Below, piece after piece: positions 24,996 to 33,749 of a stretch of 63,841 nucleotides of DNA. The translations under genes and the position numbers were made by a program. Every line of letters starts with the position of its first letter. Within the stretch, counting starts at the first letter, position 1. Under the pieces are notes generated by a model. It was given only the letters and a program-made list of their open reading frames with translations. It made no database searches and had not been told where the DNA came from. Origin of the DNA: a virus (taxonomy: Duplodnaviria; Caudoviricetes); the IMG/VR virus record IMGVR_UViG_3300032088_000004, positions 1-63,841 of that record, one strand, 5' to 3'.

Positions 24996-27205
24996 ACGCC
25001 TCGAACATAATCATAACGTGTTTCCGAGTGTGATGCAAATGAATAGTTGATTTCTTTCCTTGAGGCTTGGCCGTTTGCTCTTGGTAGGCAAGCTTCGTCA
25101 ATGATTGACATAAGGTCGTTGTACATACTTACTGCGTTGGAAGTCAACTCGAAGATTACACCTCCTCCTGCTAAGGTTATGTTCTCCCAGTCCTGGTTCG
25201 CGTTGCCCAACCTGGGCATTTCAGCGAATGTATAAAGTTTCAAACTCGGAGAAGCTCTCACTGCGTTTGCGACTATCCCTTCAGTGATTGGCCTTCGAGG
25301 GCCCTCTGGATCGTTGACATCTCTTAAAAATGATTGCTCGTTCTCATCTGAAAATACTATTATTACCCTGTCAGTGTCGGGTCTCCACGTAATGTTGAAG
25401 TTCTCCTTTTCGGGGATAGAAGTTGTATTTCTCCACCAGGCGACAGAGTCTAGGTCCAAGTTCGCGTTGGCTGAGAGGTTTCTAACTGCAAGGTATATGG
25501 CGTCCAAGAGCATTTCGCTGCCGGTATCCATACCTTCTACTCCCAAAGCGGCAAAGGCAGCTAAGAACTGAGCGAATGGTGCAATGTCAGACACTAATAC
25601 TAATGTTTCTTTCTCACTTCTTGGAAGCTCCTTCGGGCCTACAATCAGCCCCCACTGGAGCTGTTGTTCAGCCGAGAATTGTCCTGCGAATCGGTTTAGG
25701 GCAATCCGTACTGCCTCTATCTCTTGGTCCATGGAACCCGACCAGTCAACAATAAAAAGTATGTCTGTATCTCTTATTTCCTCTCCATAGTCTACCACTC
25801 CATCGCAGTCGTTATCCGCTCCGTCACATATTTCTTCGCTTGGTGTCACTTCCCCGGTGCACAGCGAGGGCTCAAATCGGCCGTTACGGTCGTTGCCCCA
25901 CGCTCCTTGGTGACAATACACCTCTCCGGGAATACAGACACCTACAAGCAGCGTTTCCGGCTCACCAGTGTAGCATGCTTGGGCTAGGTTCTCGTCAATG
26001 ACCTGATCACAATCTTCATCAAAATTGTTACATTCCTCCTGCACTAGTGCTATGCCTCTAATTGGGTCACACACTGGAGGTTCGGGCATCGGAACATATA
26101 CACACAGTGCTGCACAATCAGTCAACCTCATCTCTTGACAGGCTGGGTCCACACACTCACACGTCTTAAAACCTTGTCCGCACAGCAATGGTGGCTCGCT
26201 ACACGGCATCAAGTTACCAACGTCGTTAACAGTACAGAGACAATCAAGTTGTTCGTCTACCTGTCCGTCGCAGTCGTTATCTGCCCCATCGCACTCTTCG
26301 GCTGCCGGCCTAGTAGCTGTGCATGAAATCCAGTTGCCGTCTTCACAGACCTCTATACCCCTCTCGCACACTGTTTCGCATTCCCTGGCCAACTCCTCGT
26401 CAATCAACCCATCGCAGTCGTTATCAACACCGTCGCAGATGTCGGCACCAACAGGGCCACATTCGTCGCACACATTCCTTTGGCCCTCGTCAACCTCACC
26501 ATCGCAATCATCATCGAGGAAATTACACCGTTCTTCGCCAGGCAAATCTGCAGTGCACTCTTCGACTTCCCCGTTTACACAAACCCCAACTCCAGTGTCG
26601 CATGCAGAAACACAAGGGAAGAAACCTTCATCTATCAAGGAATCACAATCATTGTCGGTGCCGTCGCACATCTCCGGGTCGCATGGGCGGCATGGCAGGT
26701 GCTGAAGGCTGCCCTTATCACAAATAATCTGCTGTCTTCCTAGCGTGCCGTCTTCAAGCTGGCACTCGAACCACCTAATAAATTCTCCACTTGTTCCAGG
26801 TGGACACTCCCATTGAGTGTAACATTCGCTTTGAGAAATAATCTCCGGTGGAGGACACTCTGGGTCGGTGCCATAAACGCAAGGGATTTTATCTTCGTCA
26901 CAGACCTCGACAACTACTTGCATTACATCAATTGTTTGCAGAGGGTTGGGCGGACAGTACCATCTCTGGGTACTGCAACACTGCGGATAACATTGGCAGT
27001 ATGATTGTGTTTCCTGTATTGGGGTTTGCGCGCACCTCTCCTCTCTTGTCAGCTCAGGTTCCGGTGGAATCGGAGGAGACCAGTCCAGTACATACACATC
27101 ACTAAATGATGAATCTGGAGAAGTAATTCTAACCCCTTCATCTACTTGAGTCGATACAGTGTCTGTGCATGCTGTTAGTAACAGTAAAATTGCAATTATT
27201 CTCAT
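24986..27205 (-). CDS. Lipoprotein with Cys-rich CDGxDNDCDGxxDE repeats and C-terminal vWA domain
   Basis: Lipobox LLTAC; six E.C(D/N)..D.DCD...D(E/Y) repeats; MIDAS-like DWSGSM and IIVFSDE. Confidence 0.88.
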   Translation of the reverse strand: MRIIAILLLLTACTDTVSTQVDEGVRITSPDSSFSDVYVLDWSPPIPPEPELTREERCAQTPIQETQSYCQCYPQCCSTQRWYCPPNPLQTIDVMQVVVEVCDEDKIPCVYGTDPECPPPEIISQSECYTQWECPPGTSGEFIRWFECQLEDGTLGRQQIICDKGSLQHLPCRPCDPEMCDGTDNDCDSLIDEGFFPCVSACDTGVGVCVNGEVEECTADLPGEERCNFLDDDCDGEVDEGQRNVCDECGPVGADICDGVDNDCDGLIDEELARECETVCERGIEVCEDGNWISCTATRPAAEECDGADNDCDGQVDEQLDCLCTVNDVGNLMPCSEPPLLCGQGFKTCECVDPACQEMRLTDCAALCVYVPMPEPPVCDPIRGIALVQEECNNFDEDCDQVIDENLAQACYTGEPETLLVGVCIPGEVYCHQGAWGNDRNGRFEPSLCTGEVTPSEEICDGADNDCDGVVDYGEEIRDTDILFIVDWSGSMDQEIEAVRIALNRFAGQFSAEQQLQWGLIVGPKELPRSEKETLVLVSDIAPFAQFLAAFAALGVEGMDTGSEMLLDAIYLAVRNLSANANLDLDSVAWWRNTTSIPEKENFNITWRPDTDRVIIVFSDENEQSFLRDVNDPEGPRRPITEGIVANAVRASPSLKLYTFAEMPRLGNANQDWENITLAGGGVIFELTSNAVSMYNDLMSIIDEACLPRANGQASRKEINYSFASHSETRYDYVRGVCY

Positions 27206-27218
27206 AGTCTTGTTTTCC

Positions 27219-27698
27219 TTAACATCCGTCCGTAATATCTGACCAAACTTGTCTGACTCTCTTGACGTATTTTAGCCTTTTGTAGAAGTGCTTCTTTGTC
27301 AAACACCTTGTACCCGCATTGTAAAAGCATAGCCCTTTATCTATGTTTCCTCTAGCATATTTAGAAATAACATAGGATAAAATTTGGGCCCCAACGTTTA
27401 TCGAGACAACAGGGTTTTTCAGTTGGGCGCAGGTGTAACTCTTACCACCGGTCTCTCTGGCGCCTGTCCATTTGGGGACTACCTGTGTCAACCCGCAGGC
27501 GCCAGCAGTAGAAACAACCCTAGGTCGAAAAGAGCTTTCAACGTAAATTAAAGAAGCCAACATATAAGGATCGACACCGTGTTTTGTCGCGGCGTTTAGA
27601 ATTGTCTTCTCATAACGACAGATATTCTTTGCTTGATAGGCGGACATGGGTAAAGCGGCCGGCATGGCGACGCACAGTGATAAAAGTAGGGTATTCAT
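27219..27698 (-). CDS. SLT-family lytic transglycosylase with N-terminal signal peptide
   Basis: LIYVESSF, AGACGLTQV, YNAG. Confidence 0.9.
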   Translation of the reverse strand: MNTLLLSLCVAMPAALPMSAYQAKNICRYEKTILNAATKHGVDPYMLASLIYVESSFRPRVVSTAGACGLTQVVPKWTGARETGGKSYTCAQLKNPVVSINVGAQILSYVISKYARGNIDKGLCFYNAGTRCLTKKHFYKRLKYVKRVRQVWSDITDGC

Positions 27699-28399
27699 TA
27701 TTTCTCCATTTTGTGCTTTCTAAAGGACTCAACTGAATTTGGAAATTTGCCCTTAACTATCTTGAGGCATGCCTCAGCAACTTGTTGAATTTCCCACTGG
27801 GCGCCTGAGTGGCTCCTAAGAGAGACAAACTTTAACAAATTGTGTAAGTTGACCGTCCCATAGTACTGGGTGTACAGGTTTTGCGGCAATACTCCCCTAG
27901 CTTGCTCTCGGCAGACACCCGAGTCCATCAGGGCCTTGTATAAAGACAAGCTCTTATTGTTGTGCATCCGTACTGCAGTTTCTGCATTTTCATATCCGAG
28001 CGACATATAAGATGAATTCAGGACTGGATTTATCAAATCATCGGTGCTGGCCTGTCTATTGCTGCCGTGTTGTTGCCTGAACTTCTTAGGTTCATAGAAG
28101 TTAATGTCTATGGATGTGTAACGTCTAGAAATTTCATTATAGGCCCAAGTGCGGTGTCTATGGTGTTGACTACGTATAAAGAGAGGCACGGTAAACCGAA
28201 ATGTGACAGCGCAGTGCTCAAAAGGAGAGCTATGGTTGTGTTCCATAAGGTAATTGATAAGCTTGATGTCTTTTTCGTCTACTTCTTCTTTTTCTGAACC
28301 GAAGGATACCCTTGCCGCATTAACAACCGAGAGATCCGAACCCATATGTGAAATGTACTCAACCGCACCTATCCCGTCTCCAAAGAGGTCAATTCGCAT
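27698..28399 (-). CDS. thyX: Flavin-dependent thymidylate synthase
   Basis: VNAARVS, HSSPFEH, RHRTWAYNEISRRY, EQARGVLP, AQWEI; start moved to MRIDLF. Confidence 0.96.
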   Translation of the reverse strand: MRIDLFGDGIGAVEYISHMGSDLSVVNAARVSFGSEKEEVDEKDIKLINYLMEHNHSSPFEHCAVTFRFTVPLFIRSQHHRHRTWAYNEISRRYTSIDINFYEPKKFRQQHGSNRQASTDDLINPVLNSSYMSLGYENAETAVRMHNNKSLSLYKALMDSGVCREQARGVLPQNLYTQYYGTVNLHNLLKFVSLRSHSGAQWEIQQVAEACLKIVKGKFPNSVESFRKHKMEK

Positions 28400-28709
28400 T
28401 AGGCCTCCGATAAACACCTACAACGTAATTTTCCAAAATCATGTAATGGGTACTGTCCTTTACCCTGACCTCTTGTATCATTGTTCTGTCAATAACTATC
28501 TTGTTGTTGTCAATATTTCCGTATTTTAGGTGCCGGAACTGTTTATCACAGTCTTCAGCAATGTCGATAACAGTGGCTTCTACGTAGCTATCTTCTTCAT
28601 GTTTGAAGTCCTCAGGCAAAAGAACGCCGGAGCTAGTTTCGTTCTTCTTTACGTGAGGAATAATCAACAGATGACGATTAACAGGCTTTAGTCTTGTTAT
28701 CTCAGCCAC
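28389..28709 (-). CDS. groS: Co-chaperonin GroES-like protein
   Basis: LKPVNRHLLI...ETSSGVLLP...ATVI...ILENYVVG. Confidence 0.82.
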   Translation of the reverse strand: MAEITRLKPVNRHLLIIPHVKKNETSSGVLLPEDFKHEEDSYVEATVIDIAEDCDKQFRHLKYGNIDNNKIVIDRTMIQEVRVKDSTHYMILENYVVGVYRRPNAN

Positions 28710-28974
28710 CTGTAATCCTCCCTACAGAACGTTGACATTTGTTAACATAATCTGTCAAGATTTCCATGTCTGTCTCTGACTTATAAAGGCGATATGCTTT
28801 TACAGCTAGGCGCATTTCTTGCTTTGTTAGCCAGCCGTTTTCGTCGTATGACTCTCTCAAGTCTTTGCGTTGCTCTTTGAATGGCTCCATTGCATCTTCT
28901 AAGGCGACGAATGTCTTGATATAATTTGCGAGGTGCTCCTCTTGGGTGGTGGTTTTATCGTTGTTAGAACTCAT
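28702..28974 (-). CDS. GapR/DUF2312-like (T4 DsbA-like) dsDNA-binding protein
   Basis: LANYIKTFVALEDAMEPFKEQRKDLRESY helical pattern; start moved to MSSNN after AAGGAG. Confidence 0.6.
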   Translation of the reverse strand: MSSNNDKTTTQEEHLANYIKTFVALEDAMEPFKEQRKDLRESYDENGWLTKQEMRLAVKAYRLYKSETDMEILTDYVNKCQRSVGRITGG

Positions 28975-29005
28975 AATTTCTCCTTTATTGTTGAGTTGTG
29001 TTATA

Positions 29006-29034
29006 ATAATAGTACATTTTATTAGGTTTGTCAA
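29006..29034 (-). promoter_or_regulatory. Sigma70-type promoter
   Basis: TTGACA, 17 bp, TATTAT. Confidence 0.65.
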
Positions 29035-29037
29035 CCT

Positions 29038-30468
29038 TTATCTTTGTTTCTTTTTATGTGCGTTTACATTTTTCTCGTTGTATTCCACTACAGACAAATC
29101 CCAGCTTGGAATTTTATCCAAGTCTTCGTACTTCTTTCGGGCGACCATTTGGCGCCACTTGAGACTATTCTCTTTTGGGTATACTCCTGTGCCGATTTTC
29201 CATTCTATCTCCTCTGAGTGTTTCAACATCTTCTTCGCTCTCTTATTTAATGGGAAAATATATCGAAACATTTTGCCCTTTATCTTCTTCATTCCTTTAT
29301 GATTCAGAAATTCAGGTGTGAGCCAGAATACTTGCTTCTTAGGTGCTTTTGAGTTATTTTGAATCGCATCGGTGACTTTCTGGTCATGGTTATCTTTAAA
29401 TTCTTGACTGAAACCCGGAGAGCCCTGGGTGTAGTGCCACCTCCAGTTCTCCTTGCACAACTCCGATGTGGTGCGTGGGTGCACCTTCTCTCCCTTGTCG
29501 GTCATATAACTGTCTGTCCAATACTCACCGCCGTAGTGGAAATTAGCGGCCTGGTAAACGTATCCACACTTACCCATGATACCGTCAGCTAGTGTGTATA
29601 GGTATTGGACTTCTGATTGTGGAGGGTCACTCTCTCTTCTTCTCTTATTCTCAACATCTTTAATCCATTTTACCAGCTGAGATAACATCTGTGACTCTGA
29701 GTTTCTAAGCTCTGAATCTAATAAACACATCTTACCGATTTCGTAATAGTCTTGAGAAGTCAAGTCCTTGCTTACAATCTTCTGAATTGTATGCAGAGGT
29801 CTCGTTCCCCACCCTAGGGTTACAACACCCACAAATTCTTCTTGTTTAAATATACCTAACCAAACCTTCGTAAGCCTAGGCATCACGGGAGAATAGTGAT
29901 TTGCCTGAACCAGTTCTGTAGCTTTTTCTCTGGTAATTTCCCTTAGTTCGTATTTCTTGTTGGATGATCTTTTAGAGTTGCGGCTAGCTAACTTCAAGCT
30001 ACTTATGCGAGATGATAACTCATCTTTTCGAATGATTTCTAGAGTCTTCAAATCCCCCATGAGACCGTTTTCCTTCAAGGTTTCTGCGAGCTTCTTAGCT
30101 GTCTCAACCTTGTGGTTTGCGCCTGGTTTGTCCCAGTGGGAACCGCTGAGTACAATAATATAATGAGAGATATTCCTTAAATTGTTCTTTGCCATATTCT
30201 CATTGGTAAAGTTTAAGGTTGCGTTCCAAATTTCATTTTCAAGCTTCTGATCAGCTGTACCTGAGACATCTTGGTGCTTGCATTCTACAATCGTAGATAA
30301 TTCTGAAACGTAATGATCTGTTGTTTTCTTGCGAACGTCTGGCGCGCAATTGGCTGGTTTGTAAGATAACCGGATTGGGTCATAACCAAAACCTTTTAAA
30401 ATCTTCTTCACGACGCTTTCGGATTTTTGACCACTAGCGTTGGCCTTAGCGCCTTGCGAGTCTGACAT
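29038..30468 (-). CDS. PD-(D/E)XK nuclease domain fused to a Mom-like GNAT DNA-modification domain
   Basis: N-terminus ANASGQKSE...TDHY...IVECKHQDVSGTADQK; C-terminus NHYSP, GVVTLG, EIGKMCL, NSESQMLS, YTLAD...GYVYQAANF. Confidence 0.8.
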   Translation of the reverse strand: MSDSQGAKANASGQKSESVVKKILKGFGYDPIRLSYKPANCAPDVRKKTTDHYVSELSTIVECKHQDVSGTADQKLENEIWNATLNFTNENMAKNNLRNISHYIIVLSGSHWDKPGANHKVETAKKLAETLKENGLMGDLKTLEIIRKDELSSRISSLKLASRNSKRSSNKKYELREITREKATELVQANHYSPVMPRLTKVWLGIFKQEEFVGVVTLGWGTRPLHTIQKIVSKDLTSQDYYEIGKMCLLDSELRNSESQMLSQLVKWIKDVENKRRRESDPPQSEVQYLYTLADGIMGKCGYVYQAANFHYGGEYWTDSYMTDKGEKVHPRTTSELCKENWRWHYTQGSPGFSQEFKDNHDQKVTDAIQNNSKAPKKQVFWLTPEFLNHKGMKKIKGKMFRYIFPLNKRAKKMLKHSEEIEWKIGTGVYPKENSLKWRQMVARKKYEDLDKIPSWDLSVVEYNEKNVNAHKKKQR

Positions 30469-30503
30469 AGGGGGGTTCTCCTTGTTTGTTTTGTACTTGT
30501 TAT

Positions 30504-30532
30504 ATTATACTATAGATGGGAGGACTTGTAAA
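30504..30532 (-). promoter_or_regulatory. Sigma70-type promoter
   Basis: TTTACA, 17 bp, TATAAT. Confidence 0.72.
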
Positions 30533-30540
30533 GAAAAAAG

Positions 30541-30617
30541 TGGAGCCTAAGGCAGGATTCGAACTTGCAGCTTCCTCGCTGGACACGAGGCACCCATTCC
30601 TATAGGGTCTCTTAGGC
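30541..30617 (-). tRNA. Atypical tRNA-Gly(UCC) with encoded CCA
   Basis: GCCTAAG/CTTAGGC acceptor stem, ACCC/GGGT D-stem, CCTCG/CGAGG anticodon stem with loop TGTCCAG, TTCGAAT T-loop, U73-CCA; A8 and G33 are non-canonical. Confidence 0.8.
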
Positions 30618-30627
30618 ATACTTGTTC

Positions 30628-31821
30628 CTACTTTTTCAGAAACTTTGATTGTCTCTTGTTCCACTGGTAGGCTTCATTTGAGACTCTATCGTCAGCCAAA
30701 TGTTTGTGGAAAATTATGCGGTCACAAAGGCTGCAGCCGCAGGCCTTAAAGTTCTTGTTTTTGTTATATTCCGAGATGTCTTCTAGGTTCTTTTTCTTCT
30801 GCTTCGCGTACTCGGACAGAGTTGTAAGATTCGCCTCGAAAGTCACGAATATTGTAATTTCATCGCGGACGGCGCTATGAGTTTCTCTTTTCGACCAATT
30901 ACCCTCATTTAAGGGCGCGAAGACACCTCTCTTCAATCGTGTAGTCGCGACTTCCTTACAGTAGGTGTTCTCTATTATCTCGGTGGACCAAGTGTCTTCA
31001 AAGAACTTGTTGTGAATCTTTTCTATTTCGCTCGTGTGAGGCTTGTCTAATACGAATGCCCGGTTTTCGGAGAAAACAGCGCCGACGATGTTTCCAAGCT
31101 CTGATTCGGGAGCATAATAAGAGTGGTTATTGATTAGATATTTTCTACCATATTCCTTAAGCTTTGCAGTGTCGAAACTAGATGTATCATCCTTCATCCA
31201 ATGCTCTGGGTCCTCAATATCAAGCAGCCTCTGTCCGTCGAGCGCATTAACATAGTCTCTCCTCTCCATGTCTCTAGTTTGGCTTTGTGATCTATCGTTA
31301 CTGTAGTCTGCCAATTTTTTGAGAAAAGACATATACTTATAAGGCTTAGAGTCAAAGTCGTCTGGAGGTGAAAGGAGCAAAACATCACAAAGAGACTGAT
31401 GCTTATACTCTTCAATAGCCATCTTATGCATCTGCAGCCTCTTCCAACCTGCTACTCCGTAAATCTCTTCATCTATCTCTACGACGATAGGGATTCGCTC
31501 TCGTCTTTCGGCGCGGACATATATCTCCTCATAAAGCTCCTGCAGGCCTTCCGTGGTTCCTGCCTTTTGTATCCTCATTTGAAGCTGTTTGAAGTAACGT
31601 TCGTTTGATTCTGTGCACCTAGCCAAGTTACCCAGGTCGATAGACTTCAAAACCTCCACTCCGAATCCTAGATTGACACCTTCCAAAAATATGAGGTCAA
31701 ACATCTTTTTGATTCTTGGGTCTGAGTCCTTCCATGGATCATTGTATCCGAGTTCAACAATCTGGTCTTTTATAGCCACTGAATGTGTGGGCTTAATGTG
31801 TAAAACTTTTTTATTTTTCAT
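30628..31821 (-). CDS. Hypothetical protein with a ParB/Srx-like motif
   Basis: PIVVEIDEEIYGVAGWKRL resembles the ParB box II region. Confidence 0.7.
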   Translation of the reverse strand: MKNKKVLHIKPTHSVAIKDQIVELGYNDPWKDSDPRIKKMFDLIFLEGVNLGFGVEVLKSIDLGNLARCTESNERYFKQLQMRIQKAGTTEGLQELYEEIYVRAERRERIPIVVEIDEEIYGVAGWKRLQMHKMAIEEYKHQSLCDVLLLSPPDDFDSKPYKYMSFLKKLADYSNDRSQSQTRDMERRDYVNALDGQRLLDIEDPEHWMKDDTSSFDTAKLKEYGRKYLINNHSYYAPESELGNIVGAVFSENRAFVLDKPHTSEIEKIHNKFFEDTWSTEIIENTYCKEVATTRLKRGVFAPLNEGNWSKRETHSAVRDEITIFVTFEANLTTLSEYAKQKKKNLEDISEYNKNKNFKACGCSLCDRIIFHKHLADDRVSNEAYQWNKRQSKFLKK

Positions 31822-31849
31822 TTTTCCTCTTCTAATTTGTTATGTCTAC

Positions 31850-31878
31850 AGTATATCAAATATTAGCTAATCTGTAAA
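31850..31878 (-). promoter_or_regulatory. Sigma70-type promoter
   Basis: TTTACA, 17 bp, TATACT. Confidence 0.68.
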
Positions 31879-31885
31879 GTGTTTT

Positions 31886-33748
31886 TTAAACAAATTTTAT
31901 TTCGCAAGCACCGCCAGCACAGGCAACTTCACCTGCTAGGTTGGTATTGTCCTCATCCTCAGAAACCTGAGTAAGGTCAATGTTTGTGAGTGAGGCCATC
32001 ATAGCCTCATAAGTCTCCTTTGAACAATCTTCGAATGGTGCCTGCGTGTAGGTTCCGCCGTTGTAAGGAAGAACCGACAAGCCGTTATAGCTAGCTCTAT
32101 TATCCCACATCCATTCGCCTACGTCAACCCATTCCGCATCTTTTATTGATACAGTCGCTGAGATGTTGTGGGTGTTCTGCCCCTTGCGAAAACCTGGCTT
32201 TACCCACTCGTCAGTCACGAGTTTTACTCTCTTGAGCAATTGTAGTGCCGACTCTGTTCTCATGATAGAACCTTCTGGGGCCTTCTGTGGAATAGAGATG
32301 ACGGCAGTAGTGTGGGGGCTGAAGTATTCATCCTCTACTAGCTCTGGGTGGTTGTTCAATAAGTGTGCATAGATAGGCTCGTTCTTGCCTACGCGGATTC
32401 TGCGAATATAGTAGTCATTGTGCCAAGCGTGGATACCCGAAGACGTCCCTAGGGTCAAGCTTGTGGTTCCTGCAGGTTTGACGCAGGTTGTTCTTGCTGC
32501 CGGCTTAATACCAATCAACTCTGCGACTCTCGCGTTCTCGACCTTCACACCCTTCGCTGCCTCTTTCATATCAAGTTCTAGCACAGCCCCTGATGCGATA
32601 CCAGTCATGGATACACCGATAAGTGCATCCTTTTCAGTTGTTCTTCTCCAGATGTCACGCAGATAGTGAAAATCAGTGTAGCTGGCCTGCAGTGTTCCAA
32701 TAAAAGTTGCTGCTCTAACTCTTTCGTTGAGGTCTTCTTGAGACTCCACGTTAGATACATTAACCTCTGTAAGATTGCAGAACTGATATGGGCGCAAACC
32801 AATCTCACAGCAAGGGTTGGTTCCCCAGTCTTTATCGTTTGAGAAATAAAAACCAGGCTCTCCTGCGCCAGAAGCTTTTACTCTGTCCCAAAGGTTCATA
32901 AAGTATTCCTTATCAATCTTGTGACGTAGTAGTACAACCGAGTTGTTGGCCCTTCCTCGTTGTGGATTGGTCTCCCACCAATTTCCTGTCTTGGCTGCAA
33001 TCATGTCCTCGTCATCTGCTGAAAACAAGGAAATGAGCGCTGCTCTTCTGATTCCGCCTGCAAGAACTGCGTCCGCAATGTGGCAAATCATGTCGTGTAC
33101 TTCAATTGTGGATAGCTTCTCTCCGTTCTCGCGGTTTGAGAGGATGCCCTCCAATTTGACCAAGCACTCTTTGAGGGGCTGTGGCCCTGGAGCCTTACCA
33201 CCTGAAGTGATTAGCGCTGCTCCCTTTGGCCGAATGTCTGTAAAATCAAATCGAAGCTTCGAGCCTCCATAGAAATATGATCTGGTGATTGCCTTTATTG
33301 CATCCGCCCAACCCTCAATCGAGTCGTTGACCAAAAATCGTCGGGTTCTATTCATGTTCGGTCGCGTGATTTCCGGCAACTTCTCTACGTGGTGCTTCTG
33401 CACCGAGTATCCAACGCCTGTTCCCCCAAGGAGCAGAAACATTGATTCTCCAAAACAACGCCAATCATCAGCTGGCATAAAGGCGCAATTAAAGATACGG
33501 TTTGGTGCCACTTCGATTGGTTTCCCTCCGAACTGCATCGACCTCATTGAAGGTAACACCTTCTTGTCGAAGACCATTTTGTAAGCTTTAATAATTTGAA
33601 GCTCCAGTTCTGGAAACTTCTTTAAGTGCATGTTCATGTTCCGAGTCACCAACTCGACCCACGTTTCCCTTCTTTTTTCAGCCTCAATGTACCTCGCGTA
33701 CTTCATGTGCACTGTAATTGATGATAATATTTGATTTGATAATTCCAT
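31886..33748 (-). CDS. nrdJ: Class II (B12-dependent) ribonucleotide reductase
   Basis: LPSMRS, FNCAF, GTNPCCEI, QFCNLTE, VKPAGT, C-terminal ACAGGACE; no beta subunit in the window. Confidence 0.93.
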   Translation of the reverse strand: MELSNQILSSITVHMKYARYIEAEKRRETWVELVTRNMNMHLKKFPELELQIIKAYKMVFDKKVLPSMRSMQFGGKPIEVAPNRIFNCAFMPADDWRCFGESMFLLLGGTGVGYSVQKHHVEKLPEITRPNMNRTRRFLVNDSIEGWADAIKAITRSYFYGGSKLRFDFTDIRPKGAALITSGGKAPGPQPLKECLVKLEGILSNRENGEKLSTIEVHDMICHIADAVLAGGIRRAALISLFSADDEDMIAAKTGNWWETNPQRGRANNSVVLLRHKIDKEYFMNLWDRVKASGAGEPGFYFSNDKDWGTNPCCEIGLRPYQFCNLTEVNVSNVESQEDLNERVRAATFIGTLQASYTDFHYLRDIWRRTTEKDALIGVSMTGIASGAVLELDMKEAAKGVKVENARVAELIGIKPAARTTCVKPAGTTSLTLGTSSGIHAWHNDYYIRRIRVGKNEPIYAHLLNNHPELVEDEYFSPHTTAVISIPQKAPEGSIMRTESALQLLKRVKLVTDEWVKPGFRKGQNTHNISATVSIKDAEWVDVGEWMWDNRASYNGLSVLPYNGGTYTQAPFEDCSKETYEAMMASLTNIDLTQVSEDEDNTNLAGEVACAGGACEIKFV

Positions 33749-33749
33749 T

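Noticed and set aside
30570-30595. tRNA-Asp(GUC) or tRNA-Trp(CCA) reading of the tRNA
   Set aside because: The 5-bp stem centres TCC in the 7-nt loop, and U73 with G1-C72 and C2-G71 fits Gly.
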